A stretch of 64,000 bases of DNA. Origin: Flaccisagitta enflata (lineage: Eukaryota). The translations under genes were made by a program, and so were the position numbers. Within the stretch, counting starts at the first letter, position 1. Each line of letters begins with the position of its first letter. Where the stretch lies: NCBI GenBank assembly GCA_965153355.1, contig OZ231126.1:43028001-43092000 (forward strand), written 5' to 3'. The notes under the pieces were generated by a model. It had not been told where the DNA came from and did not search any database. It was given only the letters and a program-made list of their open reading frames with translations. Positions 31,629 to 42,979 of this stretch are shown in pieces.

Positions 31629-34526
31629 TCAATTAACAAGGATATTCCCAGATGCATCACATTGCACCAGTGATTTTTCGAAGGAAGCGATTTGAATAAT
31701 CTTGTTTGATAAGGCTAGATTTGAATCTTAGCCGAAAATCAATAGTTCCAGAGGAAATGAGATTCAAACCATCATCTGAATTCATCAAATGCCTCGGGGT
31801 GGATTCAAATGGGAAGCAAAACAAATATAACTCTTTTTGAAATTTCACTCTGGAAATACTGTCGACCGCTTTCGGGAAATTCCGAAGTAACTCACGGTAC
31901 CAATGGTCATTAGCCAATGACTTTTCATTTGACAGATCCATGTTGTTCAAGAAAGAGGGTTGAGGCACCAATTGGCCGTTTTTGAAGACCTCACTCTGTT
32001 GTAGGTCCTCGTGATGATACACAAAGCGATTTTGGAAATTCCCAAGGTATTTCTCCTGTATGATACAATCATTTATTCATTTCTATGAAAATATTTTTCA
32101 ATCAACAGTATTATGATACAATCATTTATTCATTTCTATGAAAATATTTTTCAATCAAAAGTATTAGAACAAGGTATTGGGCTTTAATTTCTATGAAAAT
32201 ATTTTTCAATCAAAAGTATTAGAACAAGGTATTGGGCTTAAATTTCTGTGAAAATATATCAAATTCAAACTATAACCTCACCTCATCAGAAAAGAAAATC
32301 ACCAGCAAGTCTGGGATACGCTGGAATGAGCACGCCGAGTTAAGGAAGTACAGAGACGATCCTTTCTGAAGTGTGTAATGCCTAAAAGTATGCAAACGTG
32401 TCAATACATGTCAGCAGTCAATCCCTCTATCTCACTGTCATACTTACAGGAACCATCAACACTACTTGTACTCTAACAACTGATCCGTTTGTGGTCAACC
32501 CTGTCTGTCCATCTATCAGCTTGTCCCTCTGTCAATTGGTCCATCCGTCTACTTGCATGCACATACCTAATGTGAGAGACAGGAATGACACGACGAATGC
32601 TCTCAGAATTTATTAAATCGTACCAACTGTAAAATTAATACAAAAATGCCATGAATCCACACTGTATCAATGAAAAAATATATAAAAATCCACCAAACAC
32701 ATATTTTTTTAGTCGCGTGTTACGCGACTCTACATCCCGCTTTGGAGGTCCGTTGGTCCGTTGATTCATCTATTCATTCACACTTTATTATTTTTTTTTA
32801 TTTTGGGATTTGGGCTATGCTCCTGCCAAAATGATCATGTGACCTCATTGCTCCTGCCTATCTACACGCATCTGGGGTAGCCACCACACTCACCTTGTCC
32901 GTACATTTGTTTCCAATTTGAAATATTGTAGAGCCACGCGAGCATTCAAAAGCGATAATTCAAAATTATCAGAATTTGTCGTGTTCTTTATCAAAATCTT
33001 TCTTTCACCGTGCATCTCCAGTGAGACCTCTTTAAATAAGCATTACAATTTAGGTGCGACAAAAGCATCTATGACTGGCCGTGTCGGTCGGTTGGTCAGT
33101 TGGTCGGTTGGTCGGTTGGCTAGATACATTGCACTGACCTACAATTCTTTTTTGAGGTACCAGAAATCCTAAATCGAAAAAACGGCTAAGCAGCCGCAAT
33201 GGAACACAAAATTCCATGCCCTCACTTTCAGCACATTTGCGAATCAATTTTGATCGCTCGTAAAGACCTGAAACGTTATAACATTAATTACTACATGTAA
33301 TTAACTTTTCCTACCCCTACCCCTACCCCCTAACCCTCTTTAATAAACACTCTCTCTCATCCCCCTCTCTCTCATTGGCTTTTTTTACCTTCGTTGAAAT
33401 TTTTTTTTTTTGAGTAAAGTAGCCTTTATTTGTGCGGCAGTTTGTTTTACCCCATCAGTGACGATGGCATCATAATCCTTCAGACCACAAAGTCCAGATC
33501 CCATTCCATCGATGAAAAAGAGATTGCAAAAACAGCGCCCGCCTAAAGTACATTTATTAGAGTCAATTAGCGTAACAAATCCTATATAACTTTACTGTTA
33601 CAATGTACAAAAATATGAATAATACCGAAATACCAAAATACTCATAAAATACCAGCAAGTACTTATAATGCATACATAACTGGCCTTTGTCTAGTTTATG
33701 AGTCAGTTGTTACTGAACCATGTTCGGTAAGCTATAGTAGATGACTCTGTCTGTCGTTCTTAAGCTTAGTGAACTCTGGCATGAGATTTAAAACAATAAA
33801 TGATCTGTTAGCATTGCCCCTAAACACCTGTACAAACAAAAATCATAATTATCTACCAACAAACATCTGTGATGGTTCAGCATGTACTTGGGCACAGTAC
33901 GAACATTGTGACAGGGTACGTAATGGCATGTAATGGATGCTGGGCACAGGCGATTGTATCGGGTATGCAACTAGATATCAAATGGGTACAGATATGGGTA
34001 TTTTGCACAGACATGGCATGTACTTTCAAAGGGTATATACAGGGTACGGGTATATAGCAATGCAACGTGGGCATTATAGATGTGGGCATGGGCATATACT
34101 ACCACACACTATACTTACTTCATCTCTCTCCAACACACCTAATACTTCAATAAAATAAGTAAGAAAGTTGACATAACTACTGGCCTGTACTTACACCTAA
34201 CACCTGCTTAAACATTAATATCAAATGTGACATTTTTGCCACAGTTCGGAGGGAACACTGGGAATTTAGCAACTGAAATATAAAAAGAAAACTATTGACC
34301 CATTTATCTGTCCTTACCAACCATCTACAACTGCATTATCATATCTCACATATCCCCCCCCCCTCTCAAATACCAATATTCATACCGTGGTAGCATTTTT
34401 CAACGTATTTGCTGGTGCCACATCAATAATTGATCCACTCTGTATGCCCGCAAAGGAATCCGGGATGATGGATAGCTTACATATATCCAAAATTTGAATA
34501 GTTGAATCTGACACTAAAGTTTCCAT
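31629..34526 (-). pseudogene. Polinton-type double-jelly-roll major capsid protein, about 9 exons, with frameshifts
   Basis: Exons 34526-34386, 34272-~34200, 33827-~33680, 33542-33389, 33267-33139, 33029-32894, 32626-32567, 32381-32282, 32055-31629. The last five join in phase at GT-AG sites. Peptides GLYERSKLI, QRIPDLLVIFF, YLGNFQNRFVYHH..FKNGQLVP, YLFCFPF, LISSGTIDFRLRF and (after a frameshift) IIQIASFEKSLVQCDASGNILVN* follow the Polinton MCP pattern. Exons 2-4 are degenerate. Confidence 0.8.
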
Positions 34527-34764
34527 TTTCAGTTTTTTTTTCTTTGTCACAGCAGCACTTAAAATTAAAAAAAAAATAACATCAAAGCACATGCAAAATT
34601 ACTTTCTTTATCTCTTTAGAATTTCAAAAACATGAAGGCATTTAAAAAACATATAGGCATTTAAACACTTTGGCATTTGGGCACTTCAAAATTTTAACAT
34701 TTGGCCACTTGGGCACTTTTAAACTTGGGCTCTTTAGCACTTGGGCACTTGGGCACTTGGGCAC

Positions 34765-35382
34765 TTAAACACATGCCCATAAAGCGCTATGAATTTGTAT
34801 TTTGTTTGTTCCTCTTTGTGTAGATGAATATAGGTTGTTCTCAACTTTGTAAGCTCCTTCAGAAACTTTTTTGCGCAACGTTGCCCCAATTCTCCTCTGA
34901 AGATATTTATTGCAAGGCAGCGAGAATGTTATGGTGATGAATTCCTGAATGAAACACCTGCTGACACCAAACGAATGCCCGTTTGAAATGGCCTCATCCA
35001 CGTACGTTTCAAACATCAATGACGTCACCGTGTCCTGTTTTCCATAATTCCTTTCAGCTTGGTTGTTGCTCAACGCAACTAGTTCGCCAAGTCTTTCGCT
35101 AAACAACGACATCCCCATGCACAAATCGCTAAGTTTCGCGTCGATCGCATCCAAACGCTGTTCCAGAGAAACTGGCATCCCTTCATCGCTGTCAGTTTCA
35201 CTTTCAACATCGCACCCACTTGCTTCAGCCTCCTCTCCTCCCCCACTAGCCACAATCTCCTGATCAACATTTCTCCCCTCCATCACTTTTCCACAATCCA
35301 TGCCATCGATAAACTCTTCATCGCTTCTCGATTCATCCATTTTTTCACTGCAAATGTCAACGTTTCCAGTTCCAAACCACAA
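34765..35382 (-). CDS. Acidic/coiled-coil protein with a C-terminal linker-histone (H15)-like winged helix
   Basis: YVDEAISNGHSFGVSRCFIQEFI..RIGATLRKKVSEG resembles the H1/H5 globular pattern (EAI..GSSR..I..YI..ALK..V..G). Confidence 0.5.
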   Translation of the reverse strand: MWFGTGNVDICSEKMDESRSDEEFIDGMDCGKVMEGRNVDQEIVASGGGEEAEASGCDVESETDSDEGMPVSLEQRLDAIDAKLSDLCMGMSLFSERLGELVALSNNQAERNYGKQDTVTSLMFETYVDEAISNGHSFGVSRCFIQEFITITFSLPCNKYLQRRIGATLRKKVSEGAYKVENNLYSSTQRGTNKIQIHSALWACV

Positions 35383-35482
35383 TTTTCAATATCAATCTGA
35401 GACAAATATACAACACATCAAATTTATTTCATTCACATGTAAATCTTTCCTTAATCATCTTAACATCTTAACATCTTATGTC

Positions 35483-36028
35483 TCAATAGTAGTGGTTCAC
35501 AAATCGCTTTCGCAACATTTGTTTCTTCTTTCTACGCACAGCCTTCATACTTTCACTAGGCTTTTTCATTGCATAACAAAATCCACAATGTTCTTTCTCA
35601 CATCTCCCAACGCAGGACTGCTTGAATAACGATATCTCCATGACAACGCCATCCTCGGGTCCAACGCAAACGCGTACCGCCTTCGCATTGTTCTTCATAC
35701 TCGCGTTCCGCTCTTCCGTTCTTCGGTCCACGGGCACCGCGTCCTCGCCCTCATTTCTTCGTTTCATTCCCCTTGTCACCTGCCTTGATGATGGCGATGG
35801 CTTTGGCGATGGCGATGGCTCCTCCGGTTTCTCGTCGAAATAGCATCTTGGCATCTTCCCATTCAACAGTTCCTCTAAGGTAACCAACTCGCATTGGTCG
35901 TAGTACTTTTGAAGATTCTTCGTCACAACGCTGACTTTAACCAAATCGCATCCATCATAACATTGATAGCGCCTACATTGCAAAATAGGCACTGGTTGTG
36001 GCCTCATATCAATGCCCGGGCATGACAT
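35483..36028 (-). CDS. Hypothetical Cys-containing basic protein
   Basis: 181-aa ORF with CRRYQCYDGC and CVGRCEKEHCGFC clusters and a basic tail; co-oriented with neighbouring genes. Confidence 0.45.
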   Translation of the reverse strand: MSCPGIDMRPQPVPILQCRRYQCYDGCDLVKVSVVTKNLQKYYDQCELVTLEELLNGKMPRCYFDEKPEEPSPSPKPSPSSRQVTRGMKRRNEGEDAVPVDRRTEERNASMKNNAKAVRVCVGPEDGVVMEISLFKQSCVGRCEKEHCGFCYAMKKPSESMKAVRRKKKQMLRKRFVNHYY

Positions 36029-36137
36029 AGTTCAATGTTCATTGTTCAATGTTCAAGGTTCAATTTTGTCCGTGTTACCTGCACAAATATGATATTTCAA
36101 TTCATTAATAACACGCTGTATACAATGCCAAACTAAA

Positions 36138-37006
36138 TCAATCAATGACAATGATATCGCCATCGTCATTATTTCCTTCTTTTCCTTTCTGTTCATTTGT
36201 CTTTTTCTTTTGATCTTTTTTTGGCAGGCATTTCGCATAGCCATTTATCATTTTCTCCCAGTCTCTTACACTTTTGTCCCAATCTTCTTGTGATGCATAA
36301 ACGTTTTTATCTACTGATGCCAACACTTTATCGAGATCGTCAAGAGATATGCTTTCCCACTTAACTCCATCCTGAACATTTTCATTGTTTTCGTCATTCA
36401 TTTGCCCTTGCTTGTCATTCATCCTTTTTCATCATTTGACGCTCCCATCTCGCTATTCGACGCTCATTCTATCGCCTCTTCTTCAGCCGCCACCACGCGC
36501 TCCATTCTCTGCTTTGCCGTTCTCATTCGCGCTTCCTTCGCTGCCTCGCTGCTTGTCTTTCTGCTGCTTCGTCGTCCTGCTCACTGCTCTGCTGCTTTGT
36601 CGTTTTCGCCACTCATTTCGCTCGTCGCTTGCTGCTTAGTGGATTCAGACATTCGCTGTTTCTTTTTTGCCGCTTCACATTCTTTGTCATCAAGTTTTCT
36701 TTTCTTCATCTCTTCTCTTTTTTCGCGCAGTTTCTCTTGCTTCACCAAATACTCCTTCCAATGCGTTGGTGGAACTGTTGGTTCTATGTTATGATAACAT
36801 CTTAAGTTACTTTGACGCTTTCTAGAATTCAAATTGTATCTTTTTATTTCCTCTTCTTTAAAACCATTTACACGCTGAAACAACTGTCTTACTAATTCAT
36901 GTCCATCCTCTTAATTCAACATATATCCCTCAGCATAAAGTTCCATAAGACGGAATAGAGGTGTAGACCGACTACATATCGGGGCATGATTGTGCTCTCT
37001 ACCCAT
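36138..37006 (-). pseudogene. Fragmented charged hypothetical gene
   Basis: ORF pieces 36581-36883 and 36138-36422 have coding-like composition and are separated by stops or frameshifts. Confidence 0.35.
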
Positions 37007-37113
37007 AGTTACTTTCTACACCTAATAACCAAGTAATTTACAGTTTCATGCATTCATATACAAATATGTATATTCATATACAAATATAAACAGAGTGTCA
37101 TCATTCACGAGTG

Positions 37114-37599
37114 TCATGATTCCTTTGTTTCAGTATCTTCCAACATTGATGATCCACTTGAACTCAAACTCGAATAAGAACTCAAACTTATATTTGAGCT
37201 TGAACTTGAGGAGCTACTAGAGGAGCTACTAGAGTCACTATCCCGTCTCTTTCTTTTTTTTTCAGTCTTTGGTTTTGGTGACTTTTTTCTTTTCTCCCTT
37301 TCTTTCCCCTTTTTCTTGTCAGACTTCTTGTCCTTTTTCTCGACGCTTCTTCCTGTCTTCTTTCTTTCCACTTTCTGTTTTTTTTCGGTTGTTTTTTTTC
37401 CACTTTTATCATCTTTTTTTTCATCTTTCTTTTTGGGTTTCCCTTTGGCTGATCTTTTCTTTCCCTTCTTCATGTTTTTAACGTCTTCATTATATGTTTT
37501 CACGGCCGTTTTATTTTCCACACTTGTAGATATTTCTTCCCGTTCCTCACCACGCATTCTCTTCTTAATTACTTCCAGCGCAGTACCCGTAATACTCAT
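37114..37599 (-). CDS. Lysine-rich protein with a poly-Ser tail
   Basis: 161-aa ORF starting 8 nt after the penton stop; very K-rich with varied codons. Confidence 0.5.
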   Translation of the reverse strand: MSITGTALEVIKKRMRGEEREEISTSVENKTAVKTYNEDVKNMKKGKKRSAKGKPKKKDEKKDDKSGKKTTEKKQKVERKKTGRSVEKKDKKSDKKKGKEREKRKKSPKPKTEKKRKRRDSDSSSSSSSSSSSSSNISLSSYSSLSSSGSSMLEDTETKES

Positions 37600-37606
37600 T
37601 TTAACC

Positions 37607-38732
37607 CTACAATTTTTTACAAATAACCAAATTGAATGAAATAGGACATTTTTTCACACAAACACCCAATTCATAAGGCTCAAACAAATTATTATACAAG
37701 CAAAACTGCATTTCGCGAATGACTATATTATTCAAGCGCTTTAAATTGTACAAAACGACTTTTTTTTCAATATCGTATGAGCAAAGAATTGAATGCATAT
37801 TTCCATCTACAAAAAATGTAGGCTCAATAAGTTTCTTGAATCCAATATGACATATTCTGTCTTCATCGGCAACAAAATGTACAATATCACTTATATTGAA
37901 ACAATTCATAAATTTTCAATAAATTATCACTCTCTTTCATGACTTCCGCCTCGGTTTTCCCACTACTGGTAAATGTGCGCATCACTTCACTTCTAAATCC
38001 TAAAGCCAACAACAAATGAACACTAGCAAAAAACATGAATCCAGCAGCCATTTTCATCTGTACTCTACCATCTACATACTTTAAACAAAACATATTCTCC
38101 ACAGGAACAACGGAGTTTGTCGCACTCATTTTTTGTCGTAGTGAATATTTTACAAAATTTGGATCTACTTTATTTACATTTCCATTGTCTTTTCTTTTTA
38201 CAGGTGGAGGACCAGTTATCACCACTGGACTCTCGGCAACGTCTGTATTTCCATCTATCACCACTGTACCCTCGGCAACGTCCGCATTCCCGTCCGAATC
38301 CGCGCCTGCATTCTCGTTCACATTCTCATCGACTGGATTCTCAATGGTCGCATTCTCTTCGGTGGCACTGGTATTCAAAGGTACATCGTTGCTTCCCTAA
38401 TTGACATTCTCTATGCAGCCGGTCTTTGTTATGAAATTGTTGTAAACAAGAGTGTTAACTTGATGGCATAAATCGTTCAGAGACACATACTTAATTTCAT
38501 ATTCATGAGTATCTTCCCTTTTCAGAAACTTGGTATCATACCCAAAGTTCATGAAGAAATTCAGTTTTTTCACTTTTTCAGGCATAACCAATTGTTCCAT
38601 CTTCACAAATGTTTTTTCTTTCTCGTTAACATTTAAGTTTAGTCCATTCATATTTACATGAAATGAAGACTTCTCACGCACATAACATCCCCTGTCTTTC
38701 GTCGTCACTCTTATCACTTTCAAGGTCTCCAT
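37607..38732 (-). pseudogene. Minor capsid protein (penton), with in-frame stop and frameshift
   Basis: N-terminal SSFHVNMNGLNL..TFVKMEQLVMP and C-terminal LIEPTFFVDGNMHSIL..IREMQFCLYNNLFEPY..PISFNLVI resemble Polinton penton ends. TAG at 38397-38399 is in frame with ORF 37887-38378, and there is a frameshift near 37900. Confidence 0.6.
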
Positions 38733-38744
38733 ATCTCTTTCTCT

Positions 38745-39116
38745 TCAAACCATATTCCTCAGGGCAACGTTTCTTTCATTTATTTCCACAGGCCGCCCTC
38801 CTGTCAGTCGCACAGTTCCAATGCGCATATCAACTTCAAATCTTCTACCCCATCTCAGTCGGGCAGATGCAGCCAACTTCGCAAAAATGAAGACAGCTAC
38901 CATCAGCAAGGCCAACATCACGAAAAAACCATCCATCACTATCGCCAAAGGTTCAATCCATTTCAGTTCCAATTCAATCTCAGGTGCCACAGTCGTCCAA
39001 TCATATGTCGTTGATCGATTACTTTCTCCATTCACAGTGGTAACCCAGCTACTTAGAGTAGTGTTGGGCTCATCCCATACAGGCCCAACAGACCACTTCC
39101 CTGTAGTAGCATTCAT
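38745..39116 (-). CDS. Small single-pass membrane protein
   Basis: Thr-rich N-terminus with NAT/NTT/NRS sequons, then hydrophobic FFVMLALLMVAVFIFA. Packed between the integrase and penton genes. Confidence 0.55.
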   Translation of the reverse strand: MNATTGKWSVGPVWDEPNTTLSSWVTTVNGESNRSTTYDWTTVAPEIELELKWIEPLAIVMDGFFVMLALLMVAVFIFAKLAASARLRWGRRFEVDMRIGTVRLTGGRPVEINERNVALRNMV

Positions 39117-39202
39117 TGTAATCTGTACACAATTAAACCGTACTAATCAAAGGCATGTTTTGAAGCATAGAAAACATTATCAAAATTTTTCAATTTAAAA
39201 TA

Positions 39203-40319
39203 TTAATAATCCCAAATTTTTTTTTTTTCAAGTGGCTCTGCAAGACAATTAAGATAACTAGCTTTGGCAAAAGATAACTCATTAAACACCTTCAACTCAT
39301 AAAAGGAGAATTTCGAATCAGACACAGGCTGTAACGAAAACACTGATCCAAGGGTAAAGAAAAAAATATGATCATGCTCATGTCTTTCCAAAACAATGTA
39401 AAACTGTGATGAAAAGGTGAATAGCTTTCCTTGTACCCCAAACCTTCTTTAGGCTTGTATTTTTGAATTTTCACAATAGAAAACAGTACAATATTTTTAG
39501 GATTTTTCATATGTTCCTTTAAAAACTTTCTACTTACAAAGCGCCGATCATATTTTAGCATTTGTACATATTTTGGCGACTGCGATAACATATCAACGCT
39601 ACTGTGCCCTTTAAAAACAGCTCTTGCCTTTTTGTTCATTCTATTTTCAATGGCTAACAATTTTTCTGCCCATGTCAACTTCACCATTTCATCATTGAAT
39701 TGAAGTTTTTCGAGGTACGATCTCAGAGACCTATTCATGACCTCTGCAAAATTTGCACCATACTACCTTCGTCCAATCTTTTAGGTGGGATGGGATTCAA
39801 ACTAATACCATGAGAAGAAAAAAAAGCACGCGATTTTTTAGCGAGATACTCAATACCCATATCAACACTCAAACGTTCACAATGCTCTGGTAAATAAGGA
39901 CTACGCAAAAAAACAGATTTGAATGCAGAAATCAAATCATCAGCTTTAGTTGATTTTAATGGAGCTAAATAACAAAATAAACTCAAACTGTCAACAATTA
40001 GTACCACGTATTTGGTACTATCTTTCCCATAATCACGACTCTTACTTAAATGTAAAACATCTGAAAATACCCAAGAAAAGAACTTTGGGGCTAAAACCAT
40101 CGCCCGAGATATTTCCTTTTTTTTCCGTTCAGAATCATTTCTAATAAGGATGCCATTAGACCGTTCTTCTTGCAAATATTGGTCTATTTCCTTTTCATCA
40201 ATATCAAATCCTCTTGATTCAAAAAACTTCTTGATTTCAGTTTTGTTTTTTGAAAGAAACAATGGAGAACTTTTATCACGTAAACCAGAATCCAATAATT
40301 GTCGTACTTTTGATCTCAT
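39203..40319 (-). pseudogene. Retroviral-like (rve, DDE) integrase, frameshifted
   Basis: VFSDV..KYVVLIVDSLS..LAPLKSTK..LSVDMGIEY, then after a frameshift near 39750 FAEVMNRSLRSYL. The C-terminal part (FFFTLG..KFSFYELK) lies in a third frame. Confidence 0.85.
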
Positions 40320-41554
40320 TTTTTCTTTTTCCTTCTTCCTTTCGCGGGTTCATCCACAACCCCTGTAGACCAAGCTTCCTCAATTTTTGATACGAGCCTC
40401 GGACTCCTAAAAACAAAAACAGGAACAAAGTGGGCAGGGGCGTAAATGCGCGTTTTCATACTTCCAGACTCGATCACACGGAACGGTGCACCGGCCGACG
40501 GACCAATGGACCGACGGACGGACAAGACCCCTTATAAAGTCGCTTATCCGTTACTAGAAGGCAACCAATCAACAGTCAGACATGTATACAAACACATGAC
40601 CTAAAAACAAGCTTACATACAAGCATATAGGCAGACAATCAGGCAAACAGTCATTTAACATTCCCGTGTCATACTCCCATTACCATACCTCCTCAGATTG
40701 GACAAATCCGATTCTGGAACGTTAAACCGTCTCTTCGCCGGTGCCAATTCCTCTTCACTAGAAGACGCCACCTTTCTCTTCCTCCCTCTTCTATTACCGT
40801 CTCCTATCTCCGCGTCAATACCCTCTCTTGGTAATTCAACGGATACACCTTCGCTACCAACGCCGCTGTCAGCCACTCCGCTTCCAGCGCCACTTTCAAT
40901 TGTTGCTTCCCCTCCACCGCTGTCAGCCTCCGCACCTCCGTCGGTATTAGGTAACGATGGCCTCATAGAATTACTATCTTGTTCATGCAAAGCGCGCACT
41001 CTCAATAAATCCTCTTTGATAATTTGAGCGTCCCCACTCCTCAGAGATGCTATTGAGGCTTTTATTTGCATTAAAGCTTCAATAAAAATTGTGCAGCCAA
41101 TTGGGATTTGCGCTGCGTTTGACGTCACACAAAATGAAATCAAATTTTTTATGTTTGAGAACTTTATCACTTCAGATTGCACTATGATCTCAAAAGTATT
41201 TTTGTCATAGTCAATTAAGTTACTTCGATTTATTTCATCCAAAATTGTTTCACCAAGTTGACGCTCTTTATTCCCACTTAATCCGCTCAAAACAGCATCA
41301 GATTCGTTGCTAGGAGCCAATGGCACATTACCATTATTGTTAGAATTCAATGGTGCATTTCCATTGGGGGCATTGTTGCTGTTTGTCTGACTACTTCCTG
41401 TTGCACTTTGTCCACTTTTCAAAAGGGATAATTTTTTCCCCTCAACAAGGCCTTTAATCTTCTCAATCTTTTCCTCACATGAAGTCCCTTCCTCGTCTAG
41501 AACCGACTTCAAAAAAGGAGATTTCACATAACTAGTGGGATTAGTAGAACTCAT
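40316..41554 (-). CDS. Conserved Polinton-type accessory protein next to the integrase, 2 exons
   Basis: Core ILDEINRSNLIDYD..EIIVQSEVIKFSNIKNLI..PIGCTIFIEAL resembles a recurrent Polinton ORF. A GT-AG intron at 40688-40407 restores LRRSPRL...RRKKKK*, whose stop overlaps the integrase ATG. Confidence 0.6.
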
Positions 41555-41567
41555 TTTTTTTCGCCCA

Positions 41568-41897
41568 TCAATCACATTCTAAACAGTTGTTTATAAAATC
41601 ATACAAAATATGATTGTAAAACAATTTTTGCTCCTTTTTTGAACACCGTAAGAATCTCTTTTTTCGTTTTTTTAAAGAAATTTTTTTACTTTTTAAGAAT
41701 TTCAAAAGTTTTATGTTTTTGGCAATGTATTTCAAAGTTTTTGATGAGAAACAATGCTTCAGCTTTGATTTCATGCAATTTTTCACAATTTCAATTATGC
41801 AAACGAAAACGTTGGTCTTCAAATCCTTAGTAAACAAGGAGTCAGTGACACAAGCATCTAAGAATGATCTTAAATGCTTTTTTTTCCGACACGCCAT
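41568..41897 (-). CDS. Small basic Polinton-type protein
   Basis: CIIEIVKNC..LKYIAKNIKLLKFLKSKKISLKKRKK resembles a small basic ORF I recall downstream of Polinton ATPases. It starts 12 nt after the ATPase stop. Confidence 0.6.
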   Translation of the reverse strand: MACRKKKHLRSFLDACVTDSLFTKDLKTNVFVCIIEIVKNCMKSKLKHCFSSKTLKYIAKNIKLLKFLKSKKISLKKRKKRFLRCSKKEQKLFYNHILYDFINNCLECD

Positions 41898-41908
41898 AGA
41901 TTGACTGC

Positions 41909-42979
41909 TTACTGTACTTGCACACTATCAATCTCTCCCTGATCATCCGATTCTGAGTCCGACTCGTGGAAGGAAAGAACTTGATCATCTGACGACATTA
42001 AAGTATTCATCCAAACCGAAGGCCGTCGACACAAAGGAGAAACACAAATCAGTAAAAACTTATATTGTTCACTTTGAACATAGCGTTCAAATATTTTCCA
42101 CAATGTCAGATCTCCTTTAAGCTTAACAAAATATCGATCCAAATTTCTTTTGATAGTTTTAACGTCGTGATTGGATCTCCACAGGACAATATGGGTTGAG
42201 TTAACCAAAAGGCCATTCAGTTTGGACGACTTCAGGAACATGTCATATTGCTGTGCCACATAAAATGTCACAATTTGATAATGGTGATTCCACACACTAC
42301 TGAGGTTCAAAAGAGTTTCCCTCAGTGGCTCACTTGATAAAGCTTGTACATGAAAGTCGTCAAAAATTATACAAGTGGATCCTTTTTCAATTCCCAAACT
42401 TTCGATAAAATTTGTCTCTGGAATCTTTCTTAGGAACAATCCTTTAATATCATTTTTTTCAGAAAAAAACTTTCTCAATTCTGTCACAGCACTACACTCC
42501 TCGCGAAAAAAATAAATGACCTTTGTTGGCTTGGTCACAAAATGATTTTGATGGTCTTTAATTGTCTCCAATAAAAATGTAGTCTTTCCTTTTTATCCAT
42601 AAATTGAATATGCAACAAAAATACTTTTAACGAGTTATTATCAAAAGTATTAGAACAAGGTATTGGCCTCAAATTTCTAAGAAAAATATTTTTAATCAAA
42701 AGTATTAGAACAGGGTATTGGGCTTAAATTATTTCTATAAAAATATTTTCCAATCAAAAGTATTAGAACTAGGTATTGGCCTCAAATTTCTTTGAAAAAT
42801 ATTTTCCAATCAAAAGTATAAGAACTAGGTATTGGCCTCAAATCTGAAGTCTTATTTTAGCTATAAAAAGTATTTTTTTGTTGCATACCACAATTACTAT
42901 TTCCCAGTAAAAGTAGAAAACTTGACGGAGGATATTTATGAGTTTTTGTGGAATAAAAATTTTCATTTAATTCAGCCAT
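41909..42979 (-). CDS. A32/FtsK-like genome-packaging ATPase, 2 exons
   Basis: Exon 1 42979-42889 (MAELNE..PPSSFLLLLGNSNC-G) joined to exon 2 42588-41909 gives Walker A GNSNCGKT in phase. Walker B CIIFDD, then HHYQIVTFYVAQ and NSTHIVLW. The frame appears intact. Confidence 0.85.
42640..42845. repeat. ~55-bp tandem repeat inside the ATPase intron
   Basis: About 4 copies of ATCAAAAGTATTAGAACAAGGTATTGG...AAATATTTT; the same unit occurs at ~32140-32260 in MCP intron 8. Confidence 0.9.
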
